Source: Sminthopsis crassicaudata
Taxonomy: Eukaryota
Assembly: GCF_048593235.1 (NCBI RefSeq)
Contig: NC_133617.1
Span: 737,842,958 to 737,906,957, forward strand
Length of the DNA: 64,000 nt
Direction of reading: 5' to 3'
Shown here one piece after another: positions 51,687 to 63,176 of this stretch. Numbering within the stretch: the stretch's first letter is position 1; each line of letters starts with the position of its first letter. Below the pieces are notes generated by a model. That model worked only from the letters and a program-made list of their open reading frames with translations. It had not been told where the DNA came from and did no database searches. The translations under genes were made by a program, and so were the position numbers.

Positions 51687-52564
51687 GTTACTACCGTCTC
51701 TGTCACGGGGTTTAAATATTGATCAAGAGAGGCAACCCCATAAACCATTGGACATAGTCAGGCCTGTGCTTATGAAATATCAATATGGCAGCTCTAGGGA
51801 AGATATAGGTTCAAAGATAGGAAATTTTGACCTTGAAAGCAGCTAGGTGAGTGGAGAGAAAGGAACAGATGCAAGAGAAGTGGGATGTGACCCACAACAT
51901 TTGGCAGTTGATTTGATAGGTTCAGGCAGAGAACGTGAAGAGCAAAGAATGATTCTGAAGTTGCAAACTTGGAGAACTGGAGAGATGGAGGTGCTCTTAA
52001 TAGAAATGGAGAAGTTAGGGAGACAGGTGGATTCAGAGAGAAAGAGAATCAGCTCATTTTCTGTTCTGTAGAATGTCAGAATCATGTGAGAATGCATAAA
52101 GCTCCTTCCCCTTCTAGGGAGTGTTTGAGATGATGTATGAGGTTTCTTCCCTTTTTGTGATCACAGGCAACCTCTCTGGGCTCCTTTATATTAGATGAGA
52201 AAGTAATAGGAGGAGGTGGAAATCAGAAGAATTACTAGCAAATTGGGTAGAAGAGAAAGAAAATAGAAGAGAAGGTGGGGGTCATCAGGAAGAGAAGGAA
52301 ACTTAATTTTGCAGTGTACACTGAAAGGCCATTTCCAGCTACACTCACCATTTTGGGGGGAACAGTATGTCCAAGGCCAAGGTCTGATACTCCTTAGAAA
52401 TCTGGGCAGGCAGCATAAGTGGAGCTCAAAGAAAGACAGAGAACAAAGCTTGTTCAAGTCTAAGGTGAGATTTCCTACTTGACAGCTTGGTAAGGAAAAG
52501 AATTTTCTCCTAAAGGGAGAAGGAAGTACCCTGAAAGTTTGACATTCAAACTTTCCTGACATGT

Positions 52565-52732
52565 GTTTTCTTTTTTTTTTTTTTTCTTTTTCTTTTTTTT
52601 TCTCTGAGGCTAGGGTTGTGACTTGCCCAGGGTCACACAGCTAGGAAGTGTTAAGTGTCTGAGACCACATTTGAACTCTGGTCCTCCTGACTTCAGGGCT
52701 GGTGCTCTATCCACTGTGCCACCCAGCTGCCC
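52565..52732 (-). mobile_element. CORE-SINE, WSINE1-like
   Basis: Reverse complement of the head and core, with a T-rich tail. Confidence 0.82.
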
Positions 52733-52921
52733 TTTTTTCTTTCCTTTTTTTTTTTTTTAATTTACAAGATATATGCATGGGTCATTTTTCAACATTAACT
52801 TTTGCAAAAACTTCTGTTCCAATTTTTCCCCTCCTTTCCCCCTAGATGGCAAATAGACCAATACATGTTAAATATGTTAAAGTATAATGCATTTTTTTAT
52901 AAAAGAAAACTCCTCTCAAAA

Positions 52922-53454
52922 TGATAGAGAGGAGTCCCCAACCCAGTACAGTGAAATAGTAAGTATAATACTCCTGCTTGAAGGCAGAAAATATTTATCC
53001 TCATACATGATTACAAGGAATATGGGGGGGACAGTATCAGCCACAAAAACTATCAGAGACTCTCCAAATAAAAGCAAAAAGGGGTTTATTATGATCTCTT
53101 GAGAAAAGGCATCTCCCATCTGACAAGGTGTTTGTCAGTAAAAGGAGTGCAAAGTAAAAACTGCAAAATGCAAGATTAAATAACCTGAACAACAGAACCC
53201 CCATTTCTCCCATAGTTTGGGGGAGCCAGCTTGCATTCTAATCAGAAATCTAACCCAGAAATAAAAGAATAAATTGCTTTCAAAAGAGGGACTTAAATGC
53301 TAATTAAGAGGTAGTGGGAAACAGGAGGGGACAAACACCTTGCAACTTTTTTAGCTCTAGCTCTACTGGTTATTATAAAGTCTCAAGTCACAAGTAAGGT
53401 ATAATTTAAGGCCGTATTCCCTTGAGAGGGTCTTCACTCAGTTAATTCCACACA
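52922..53454 (-). mobile_element. LTR, same family as 25865-26709
   Basis: Colinear match including TGTCAGTAAAAGGAGTGCAAAGTAAAAA and the terminus CTCAGTTAATTCCACACA; the left boundary is approximate. Confidence 0.7.
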
Positions 53455-54704
53455 TGTGTATGTACTAGGTGAAGATCTGTCAGAGTTGTGTAGTCATTGT
53501 GTAGACCTGGGTGACATTGCATGAATGTGGAGGATGCCATGTAACTTTTTATAGATCTATGAGGCAATATAGAGACTTGTGTAGACCTGACATTGTGTAA
53601 ATGTGGATGATGTGGGATAGCCGGTATTGTAGAGTTTATAGGCATTGTGTAAAGACAGGAAAGCACTGTGCGGATGTCGACAGTATCTTGTATGAGGGGC
53701 AGTGGGTAAGGTCGTATAGCGATGGGCGGCGTTATATAGATATTGGTATTATATAGTTTTGGATAGCTTTGTGTTGGTGTGGTGACACTGCAAACACGGG
53801 TGATTTTATGTAGGTATGGGTACTGTGTAGATACCAGTAATATCGTATAATTATAAGTAGCATTACGATATAGAGGAGGGTGACATTGTATAGAGATAGG
53901 TGACACTTATAGCCTTAATAATAGCTAATGCTTATCTGGTATTTACCATGTCCTAAACTCTTTACAATTATTATATTGTTTGATTTTCAGAAAAACCTTG
54001 GGAGGTGGGTGCTATTTTACCTCCATTTTTACACAGGAGAGAAACTGAGGCTCAAGGAAGTTCAAAGTGTTAGCCCAAAGCTTGACTCACTACCCCACGC
54101 AACCTTTTCACGAGTGCTTGTCTTGACGTTTTTTGTCATCCACAATTCTGGTTCTTTGGAGGTGGAGACGCTCCATACAATCAGCCAGAAAGCACCAAGA
54201 AAAGAACAGTGTGAAAAAGATGGCCCCCGGTCTCAAGGAGAAGCTTTATGGCTGAGAGGGCTGGGCAGTGTTCCCCCAAATGTTCTGGCCACTTCTCTCC
54301 TGCTTATTCCCTATTCAGTTCTTGAATCAGTTTTGTACGCTAGAGTTGGAAGTGACCTTGGACACCATTTTATCCAGACCCTCATTTTTTCATTTGAGGA
54401 AACTGAGGCCCAAATGACTTGTGCAGGATTACCGAAGTATAATGAGAACTCAGGATCTGACTCCAAACGTAGCACTCTTTTCTCTATACTCAGGAATCTT
54501 GTCATAACTAGGACTAGTGGAGAATTTTAACTCTAATACAGGATATTCTTTTTTGTTGATTTTATATTTTTAAGGAAGAGAAAGAAATCCAGTTTCTGTG
54601 AGTATGGGGGAATCACAAAACTTTGGTTTTACTGTTGTGGGTTATAAGCAAAAACATCTGTAAAATCTTTATATTTCTTGACTCAATAAGCTTGTATCTT
54701 TTAG

Positions 54705-54862
54705 AACTTCATCTTCATGGGAGACTTCAATGCTGGCTGTAGTTATGTCCCAAAGAAGTCCTGGAAGGAGATCCGACTTCGGATGGACCCCAAGTTTGTC
54801 TGGCTGATCGGTGATAATGTGGACACAACAGTCAAGGAAAGCACCAAGTGTGCCTATGACAG
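54705..54862 (+). CDS. DNASE1L3: DNASE1L3 exon 6 (NFIFMGDFNAGCSYVPKKSWKEIRLRMDPKFVWLIGDNVDTTVKESTKCAYD-R)
   Basis: Acceptor cttgtatcttttag|, donor CAG|gtgaga, 158 nt, MGDFNAGCSY, DTTV and CAYDR motifs. Confidence 0.97.
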
Positions 54863-55340
54863 GTGAGAAGCTCCCTCCCCACCCCAGCCTAAACCACTCA
54901 CAATTCCTGCTGATTGCAGCTCCCCCCAAAAAGGGCTGCCCTGTGCCCGGCTCATTTCTGAAAGGAAATCAGAGGGGATGCATGAAGGTTTAACACCCAA
55001 CTAAGTAGTAAAGTCATCCAGATGAAAGACCAGCCATCCCAGAACCCTGAGTTGGCTCTGGGATTTATTCTAATTGCCAAAAAACTCAACTTCTGTGAGA
55101 TTCCATTTTGCCCTATTTAGTTCAGAGAATAATTCTACCATTATTTTGTTTTTCTTACAAAGTTCTTAGAGTTCTTAGAGAGACTACTGCTTAGCAATCT
55201 GACCCCTCCCCAATGACTTTAGTCATCACCTCTGTTCAGCTGACACCTGGATCTATATGGCAGCATCAAGGAGAAGCTGGGTGGTATAGTGGAAAAATCA
55301 TGGGGTTGAGGTCAGAGAACCTGGACAGAATCCCAGATCT

Positions 55341-55536
55341 NNNNNNNNNNNNNNNNNNNNNNNNNNNNNNNNNNNNNNNNNNNNNNNNNNNNNNNNNNNN
55401 NNNNNNNNNNNNNNNNNNNNNNNNNNNNNNNNNNNNNNNNNNNNNNNNNNNNNNNNNNNNNNNNNNNNNNNNNNNNNNNNNNNNNNNNNNNNNNNNNNNN
55501 NNNNNNNNNNNNNNNNNNNNNNNNNNNNNNNNNNNN
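55341..55536. other. Assembly gap, 196 N
   Basis: Run of N. Confidence 1.
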
Positions 55537-56529
55537 GACTACACCTGGCCTTCATTTGAAGCTCCTCTAGTCAAAAGGCCAAAGGAACATAGATGGAGAG
55601 TTGGGAGGAACTTTGGACACCATGTGCTTCAACCCTCTCATTTTACAGAAGACAAGACATCAGCCCAGGGATGTTGAGACCCTGGATATCTTAGAATCAG
55701 CAGGAGTCAGGATAAGCAAGTCTTTATTCCTGGCCTTTTGGGGTCACCATCAGGGGATTAGTTCTAGCAATCTCCATACCTCCTTCCTCTTTCACCACCT
55801 CCAAGAGAGAATGACTCTGCCTGTCCTACTCCACCCTCTTATCTCTCTCTTTTCCTTCTTTGTCCACACCCACCAATGGAGCCAGCACAGAATAGTTGGG
55901 GAGGGTCATTCACCAAGCATATGTTAATAGAGAATTGTCCAATTGGTAATTAGCCCTAGGTTACCTTGCATCTGCTCAGTTCTAGCCCTTTATCTCCCGC
56001 TTTCTTTTGTTTTAGAACATAGGTGGTCATACCATCCCTGACTTCTCAGGGAGGTGAGAACCCCAAAAAGGAGGTGATCACACCCTCCCTGACTTCTCAG
56101 GAATGGAGGTGAAAACACCAAAAAGGAGGTGATCACATCCCCCCTCCCCCGACTATTCAGGAAGGGAGGTGAAAAGCACCAAAGGGAAGTGGGGATTGCT
56201 AGCGGGTTTCTGGGCTGAAGGGTCTTATTAGAGACAGGTATGCATAAACCCATCAGCATGGGAGGTGTTACACAAGCACATAGCAATAATGCACAGGCTA
56301 TTAGTGATGACTCTCCCCACAGTCAGTGCAGGCTCCATGAGATGTAACAAACATGAATTGTACATGCAAGTAGTGATATAACAAACAATATAAATCAACA
56401 GAGTTTTATAAAAGATTTAAAGAAGTCCTAGAAGGAGGGTATGTAAACATCAGTCACACATACACCTTCTTCAGCAGCCAAGAGATAGTCCAAAACCAAT
56501 CTATTGTCCATTGCTTCAAGTGTCAGGGA

Positions 56530-56900
56530 ATCTAATGATCCCCACAAGTTTTTGAAGTCCTGCAACAGTCTTATGTCTCAGAGAATCCAATGATTCCTGA
56601 GGGTTTTCAAGTCCTGCAACAATCTTATCACATCTCAGAGAATCCAATGATTCCTGAGGGTTTTCAAGTCCTACAACAATCTTATCATGTCCCAGACAAT
56701 CCAATGATTCCTGAGGGTTTAGAAGTTCTACAATAGTCTTATCATGTCTCAGAGAATCCAATGATTCCTGAGGGTTTTCAAGTCCTACAACAATCTTATC
56801 ATGTCCCAGAGAATCCAATGATTCCTGAGGGTTTAGAAATCCTACAATAGTCTTATCATGTCTCAGAGAATCCAATGATTCCTGAGGGTTTTCAAGTTCA
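56530..56900 (-). repeat. 57-bp tandem array, about 6.5 copies, inside the provirus
   Basis: GAGAATCCAATGATTCCTGAGGG recurs every 57 bp (56581, 56638 and onward). Confidence 0.92.
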
Positions 56901-57039
56901 ATAATTTTTGATGTCCATGAGTCAAATGCCATAACTGCCATGCTCTTTCAGTGGTGGGCACAGTCAGCAACAGAACCACCCCATGTTTCTTGGGTCTTCT
57001 CTTTCGTTTCAAGGGTCTGTTCTGTCTCTCTCTGATGGA

Positions 57040-57660
57040 CAAGGCGAATATGGCTCGTTGGCATCCATCTGATTCCTTCTCCATCTGTAGAGATACAAGC
57101 AAACCCTCTCCCCCAGCAGATAACCTATCTGTCCCTTCCATTCACCACTTTCTGGGTCTCTCCACATGACCTGGTGATTATCTAAGGACAGTAGAGCTGC
57201 TCGCACTGGACACTGTCCTTCCGGTGAGTTATAAAACCTGTCTGCCGGAGCTAGTGCATCTTTGTCAAAAATTTAAAAATTAATGGTATAGAGAATTAAA
57301 TTTAGAAGTTCTCTAGGGTTACCGGTGGCTCCCCCTTTCTTTTGTTTTTGGAGGAGTGACTTAATGTCTCTGTTTCTTCTCTCTACTATTGCCTGCTCTT
57401 GAGGATTAAAGGGTATGCCTGTGGTATGTAAAATCTTATACTGTGCACAAAAGTGTGTAAAATGTTTGGACGTATATGCAGGTCCATTGCCTGTTTTTAT
57501 TGCTTGTGGCACACCCATAATTGCAAATGCTTGTATAAGGAATTCAGTGACCAGTTGGGCTATCTCTTTTGCTGATGGTATTGCAAAAGTGAATCCTGAA
57601 AAGGTGTCTACCACAATGTGGATAAAAGATAGACGACCAAAAGATTTATAATGGTCACAT
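57040..57660 (-). pseudogene. Retroviral integrase relic (catalytic core and C-terminal domain)
   Basis: DVT...SFGRLSFIHIVVDTFSG, KTGNGPAY (catalytic D replaced by G), NPQEQAIVERRN and VMWRDP...WKG; frameshifted. Confidence 0.88.
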
Positions 57661-59416
57661 CGAGTCTCAAATCAATCCATACCTCCTTCCTCTCTCACCA
57701 CAGCCAAGAGAGAATGATCCTACCTGTCTTACTCCTTTCTCTCATCCCTCTCTTTTCCTTCTTTGTCCACACCCACGGATTGAGCCAGCACAGAATAGTT
57801 GGGGAGGGTCATTCTCCAAGCATATGCTAATAGAGAATTGTCCAATGGGTAATTAGCCTTAAGTGCATCTGTTCAGTTCTAGCCCTTTACACAGGGAGAT
57901 TCATTGTCCTTCCCAAAAGTTATATAGGTATTGATAGAAGCAGGATTTGAATCTACATCCTCTGACACCAAAGTCTGTGTTCTTTCTATTGTATTTCTGA
58001 ATCAATTTGGAACCTTTTAAATGGAGAGGTGGGTCCTGCAGAATATTTCCCAAATCAGTCCATATCCATCAGGGATTTGAAGAAAGGTCCTTTCCTGTAC
58101 ATGAACAGAAAGCCACCTCCTCCAGACAATCCATGGGACACTACCTGTCCTGGTCAGAGGAAATAATATTCTAATAGCTATGAGGTATAAGTTGTTAAGG
58201 GCAGCTAAATGGCTCCATTCGCTGGGCCTGGATTCAGGAAGTTTCATCTTCCTGGGTTCCTTCTGGCTGTGTGGCCCTGGGCAGGTTCTTGTTTGCCTCA
58301 TTTGCCTCAATTACCTTATCTGTAAAATGAGTTGGAGAAGATAATAATAAACCAAGAAAACCCCAAATGGAGTCACAGAGTCAGACATGATTGAAAAATA
58401 AGTGAATAATATCATTTGTTCATTACACCATAGCCAAGTTTGGGATAGGACCATCAAAGACATCTTTTTAATATATATATATTAAAGCTTTTTATTTACA
58501 AGACATATGCATGAGTAATTTTCCAGCATTGACAATTGCAAAACCTTCTGTTCCAAATTTTCTCCTCTTTCCCCCCACCTCCTCCCCTAGATGGCAGGTA
58601 GTCCCATACATGTTAAATATGTTAAAGTATATATTAAATCTAATATATGTATACATAGTTATATAGTTACCTTGCTGCATGAGAAAAATCGGATCCAGAA
58701 GGAAAGAAAACCAAATGCAAGCAAACAGCAACAGAAAGAGTGAGAATGCTAGGTTATGATCTACATTCAGTTCCCACATCCTCTCTCTGAGTGTAGATGT
58801 CTCTGTCATCACTGAACAATTGGAACTGGTCACCAAAGACATCTTAAAACAGTCCTTGGAGTTCATCTTTCAGTCAGGAAGTCTGGGTTTCTTTGGGCCC
58901 TGGCTGCTTTCACATCTGCAGACCAGTTCACAGAAACACAAAGTGCAGAGCATCAAAATCCCCAGGCCCGAGGGTCTACTTCATCCCAGGAGGTCCGCCA
59001 CTATCAGCTAAGTGTGTAGCTCTGCATATTTGCAAAGAGCTCACTCTAGTTTCTCTTGTTCTGAAGTTTGGAATTTGTTTCTGTTTTATGAAGCTCCTTG
59101 GTTCCCCTCAGGATGTCCAGGGAATTTCCTTTGCAGAAGTAGTCACTGTGGGAAGGCAGCATCTGCTGATAGGGAAAAGAGAAGTCTCACCAGCTCCTCC
59201 AACCCTCATGAGAGGAAGCGTCCCTAGCCTTGGAGCAGCTATTTCAAAACCAAAAGTCATGAAGGATGAATTTCCCCCTTGCCCAAAGTTCCTCTCATTA
59301 AACCCAGCTGTGTCCCCATTCCAACCCTCTGGCAGGAGCAAAGACAGACCTATAAATATCCAATCAAGACTCTAATCCAGAGACTGACTCAGTGATGTTT
59401 TCCTCCCTTGTCCTAG

Positions 59417-59513
59417 GATTGTGGTCCATGGCCAGAAGATAAACAATTCCATTGTTCCAGATTCTGCCAAGACCTTTCACTTCCATATAGCCTACACGTT
59501 GCCTGAAGAGGAG
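59417..59513 (+). CDS. DNASE1L3: DNASE1L3 exon 7 (IVVHGQKINNSIVPDSAKTFHFHIAYTLPEEE)
   Basis: Acceptor tcctcccttgtcctag|, donor GAG|gtaagt, 97 nt, phase-compatible with exons 6 and 8. Confidence 0.95.
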
Positions 59514-60223
59514 GTAAGTCTGCCCTCTTGCATTTTCTCTAGAGATCCTGAGTTTGTTCCCATGCACTCTCACTTCTGAGGGTGCTGGGAAAACATTTGA
59601 AGGTGGAGATCTTTCCATCCCGGAGTTGTTGTTTAGAACTTGGGTCACCTGTTCTGCCTGGGCTTCCATCTTGTTTTCTGTGAAAGAAGAGGTTGAAACA
59701 GGTGGCCTCAGAAGGTCCTTCCTTCCTCTGAATCTGTAATTAGCTGGACGTCCCATGGAATCAGGGAGGACAGCCATCTTTGGCCCTTGGCACACGGGAT
59801 TGGCAATAAATGTTGGGCAAGATGGACCAAGAGTCTGTTCTAGTATTTCTAAAACTTGGGGGATTTCTCAAATTCTGAATTTATTTGGATCTAGAAAAAC
59901 TCATCTTCTTGAACTAAAATCTGGCCTCAGACACTTACCAGCTGTATAACAAGTCACATAGTCCCATTTACCTCAGTTTCCTCATCTGTAAAATGAGCTG
60001 GAGAAGCAAAATACAAACTACTCCAGTGTCTTTGCCAGGAAAGCCCCCAGTTGTGATGACACAACAAAGAGTTGGACATGTCTGAAGTGACTTAACAACC
60101 ACAAATAACAGGCCACTTTCTCTCTCTGAGCTTCGGCTCCTTCATAACTACAAAAGGAGTAGTAGAGGATGGATACAGTTCTATCTGAGAGTCTGTGACT
60201 TATTGGTTCTTTTCTTTTCTTAG

Positions 60224-60349
60224 GCTCTGGATATCAGTGATCACTTTCCTGTGGAGTTTGAACTGCAGCCTGGGGGAAGCTTCACTAACCTTGTCAGATC
60301 ATTTGCTCCCCAAAAAAAGAGAGGAAGGAAAAAGTCACAGCGTGGCTAG
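60224..60349 (+). CDS. DNASE1L3: DNASE1L3 exon 8, coding part (ALDISDHFPVEFELQPGGSFTNLVRSFAPQKKRGRKKSQRG-stop)
   Basis: Acceptor ttcttttcttttcttag|, SDHFPV motif (His279), basic tail, TAG at 60347-60349. Confidence 0.96.
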   Translation, partial: ALDISDHFPVEFELQPGGSFTNLVRSFAPQKKRGRKKSQRG

Positions 60350-60469
60350 AAGCAGATTCTTATAACTCCCTCCTTTTATTTTCCTTTTTAATAACAAAAA
60401 AGCACCATGGAAACCATCCAACCCATTTACACCAGTTTGACCATGTTCCATTGAGGGAAAGGGGGCTTG

Positions 60470-60496
60470 ATTAAAGCCAAAAGAAAATGGATTAAA
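60470..60496 (+). terminator. Candidate DNASE1L3 polyadenylation signals (ATTAAA at 60470-60475 and 60491-60496)
   Basis: First hexamer variants after the stop codon; a canonical AATAAA lies at 60980-60985. Which one is used cannot be told from sequence alone. Confidence 0.35.
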
Positions 60497-62169
60497 CCTT
60501 AGCTCTGAGACTTTTTACCCGTGTGACCCAACTGTACCTCCTTGTCCTCAGTTTCCTCCTCTGTATAATGAGAGAATTGGGCCAAGGTGACACCTGAGAT
60601 CCCTTCCAGCTCTAGATCTAAGAACCTAGTAGTGCAAAAGTGTTCATAACCTCTGACCCAGTCCACTGTGACAAAAACAAAGCTCCCTTGCAAACCAAAA
60701 TATTTATAGCAGTATTTTTTTTATGGCAACAAATAAGTGGAAATCAAGTAGGGAATGGCTGAACCAATTGTGGTTAAGTCAGTGCAGTAGAATATTATTT
60801 AGTACAAAATGACAGATAACATTAAATTCAGAGAAACCCGGGAAGATTTGCCTCAACTGATGCAGAAGGAAATAAGAAGCGAAAACCAGTCAATGACAAT
60901 GGTATTAAAGAAAAGATTTCTCAAAGGACAACAAATTTTTGAGTAACTGAAAAACCAGTAATGGTCCTGGACACTGGATAATAAAGAGTGGGTATTTAAG
61001 GGCTGGATGTTTCCCACATTATCAGAGGAGATCACTCTATCAGTTGTTTTTGCTTAATTGAGTTTCTTTGTTCATTCAGGTCAATTTAACAAGCATTTCT
61101 ATGTGTGCCATATTCTGGGGATATGAAATCAAAATGAGACGATCCCTCAAAAAGCTTTGCTGTTGAGCTCATATTCTTTGTCATCCAGTGTTTGATTGAG
61201 GTTGGGATCAGGGAGGAAGGTCAGGAAACCTAAGGGGATAAAGTATATCCAGCAAAGATTGTGATTTAGAAACTAAAAGCTTTGTCTGGATGCAGATTGA
61301 AGAATACTATTTTCATTGTTTTTGTTGTTTTTTTCTTTCTTGTGGTCTTTTTCCTTTTTTGGATTCATCTTTTACACCGTGACTAATGTGAAAATATGAT
61401 TAATATGATTACATACTGTATAATCTTTATCAAATTGCTTGCTGTCTTAGGGAGCAGAGGGAGGGAAGGAGAAAAATTTGAAATTCAAAATGTTATAAAA
61501 CTGCATGTTATGTATGGGACTACCTGCCATCTAGAGAAGGGGGTGGGGGAAAGGAAGGGAAAAGTTGGAACAGAAGGTTTTGCAAGGGTCAGGGATGAAA
61601 AATTAGCCATGCATATGTTTTGTATATAAAAATCTATAATAAAAAATAAAATTAAAACAGTGAATGTTAAAAATATCTTTACATGAAATTAGAAAACATT
61701 AAATGCTATTATATTGGAAAATTTTTTAAATGATGATCAGGATACTCTTAGAAAAACTTGGACTTACATGAATTGATGCAAAGTGAAATGAAAGAACCAA
61801 GAGAAGATTGTACATCGTAATAGCAATATTGATCAATGATTAATAGTGAATGACTTTACTATTCTCAGCAAGACAATTCTGAGGCAGTGATGATGAAATA
61901 TGAAATCCATCTCCAGAGAACAAACTGATGGAGTCTGAATACAAATTGAAGCATACTTATTTTTTTATTCTTTATTTTTCTTGGCTTTTTTGAGGGGGTC
62001 ATCTGTGTTTTCTTTCACAACATAACTCAGATGGAAATACATTTCACATGTATAGCTTATAACAAATAGCTTGCCTTCTCAATAGGTAGGGAGGAGAGAC
62101 CATTTGAAACTCAAATTTTTGAAAAACAAATATTAAAATTGTGAAAAACTTTTAAAAGAAATTAAAAGC

Positions 62170-62310
62170 GGGGCAGCTAGGTAGTGCAGTGAATAGAGCA
62201 CCAGCCTTGAGTTCAGGAGGACCCAAGTTCAAATCTGGTCTCAGACACTTAACACTTCCTAGCTGTGTGACCCTGGGCAAGTCACTTAACCCCAGCCTGG
62301 GGGGGGGGGG
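62170..62310 (+). mobile_element. CORE-SINE, WSINE1-like, with a G12 tail
   Basis: 14-bp TSD AAGAAATTAAAAGC (62156-62169 and 62311-62324). Confidence 0.88.
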
Positions 62311-63176
62311 AAGAAATTAAAAGCATTAAATAAAACACACACAGGAAACACCTGGAATGAATGAATAAATGAAGGCAGTGTTAATTAAGTACTTACTATA
62401 TATACCACTATGCTATGCTACTATAAATGCATGTATTCTATATGTTCAGAGCCACTATGCTAAGTGCCTAAAATACAAATATAAGCAAGCAATACAACCT
62501 TTGCCTTCAAGAACTTACTCTCTAGCAGACAACGACAACACATAGCTAAGGAAGGCTGTTTTACTTTGGGGAGTCTTGGAAAAATCAACTGTCATACTTC
62601 TTCCAAATGCAATGTTGATTCCCAACTGCTTCAGGAGCAAGAGGAGAGGGGGCTATGTATAAGGTGGGATAGTAGTTGGAACATGAAGTACGACTAACTA
62701 GGATGATACAAACTCACTGTAGTGGTTCCAAAGCTAAAGGGAATAGCAATAATATTGCTATTGCTAATATTTATAGAGTACCTACTATGTGTCAGATTTT
62801 ATTCTAAATACTTTACAAACAGTATCTGAGTCTCATAGCAACTCTTCGAGGCAGGAGCTATTTTCAAGTCCATTTTAAAGATGAGGTAACTGAGGCAAAC
62901 AGAATAAGTAATTTGCCTAGGGTCTCACAGATAGATAGTTACTGTCTGAGGCTGTGTTTGAACTCAGATCTGCCTGACTCTAGGCCCAGTGCTCGGTCCA
63001 CTGAGTCACCAGCTGCATATTATTAAGTGAGAAAATTTGTTTTTTAACTTATATTTTTTAAAAAGAAAGAAATGATGAGCAGGATGCTCTCAGAAAGACC
63101 TGGAAAAGCTTATATGAACTGAAGGAAAGTGAAATGAACAGAACCAGGAAAACATTTTATATGATAACAGCAATAT

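Larger units (their letters stand above)
55672..57891 (-). mobile_element. Deleted betaretrovirus-like (ERV2) provirus in DNASE1L3 intron 6, antisense to the gene
   Basis: TG/CA termini, 6-bp TSD CAGGGA (55666-55671 and 57892-57897), 3' LTR about 55672-55992, polypurine tract 55993-56008, integrase relic, truncated 5' LTR about 57673-57891; it splits a MIR. Confidence 0.9.
36926..60349 (+). other. DNASE1L3: DNASE1L3 gene body (start to stop codon), 8 coding exons, 942-nt CDS, 313 aa
   Basis: Exon lengths 153+89+93+113+113+158+97+126 = 942 nt splice in frame with GT-AG introns. The protein has the DNase I family motifs ICSFNVRSFG, MEIKD, KEQYAFLY, FSREPF, LHTTP, MGDFNAGCSY, DTTV, CAYDRIV and SDHFPV, plus the basic tail typical of DNASE1L3. 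Confidence 0.97.

Noticed and set aside
53442-53906. 154-aa minus-strand ORF
   Set aside because: It follows from the strand-biased low-complexity repeat, which is poor in stop codons on that strand.
53928-54530. 200-aa + strand ORF in intron 5
   Set aside because: Both ends are MIR-derived, no domain is recognisable, and it has no splice support.
55213-55677. 154-aa and 85-aa ORFs
   Set aside because: They span the second N gap.
58893-59375. 160-aa ORF before exon 7
   Set aside because: Intronic, with no motif or start context and no fit to the DNASE1L3 exon structure.
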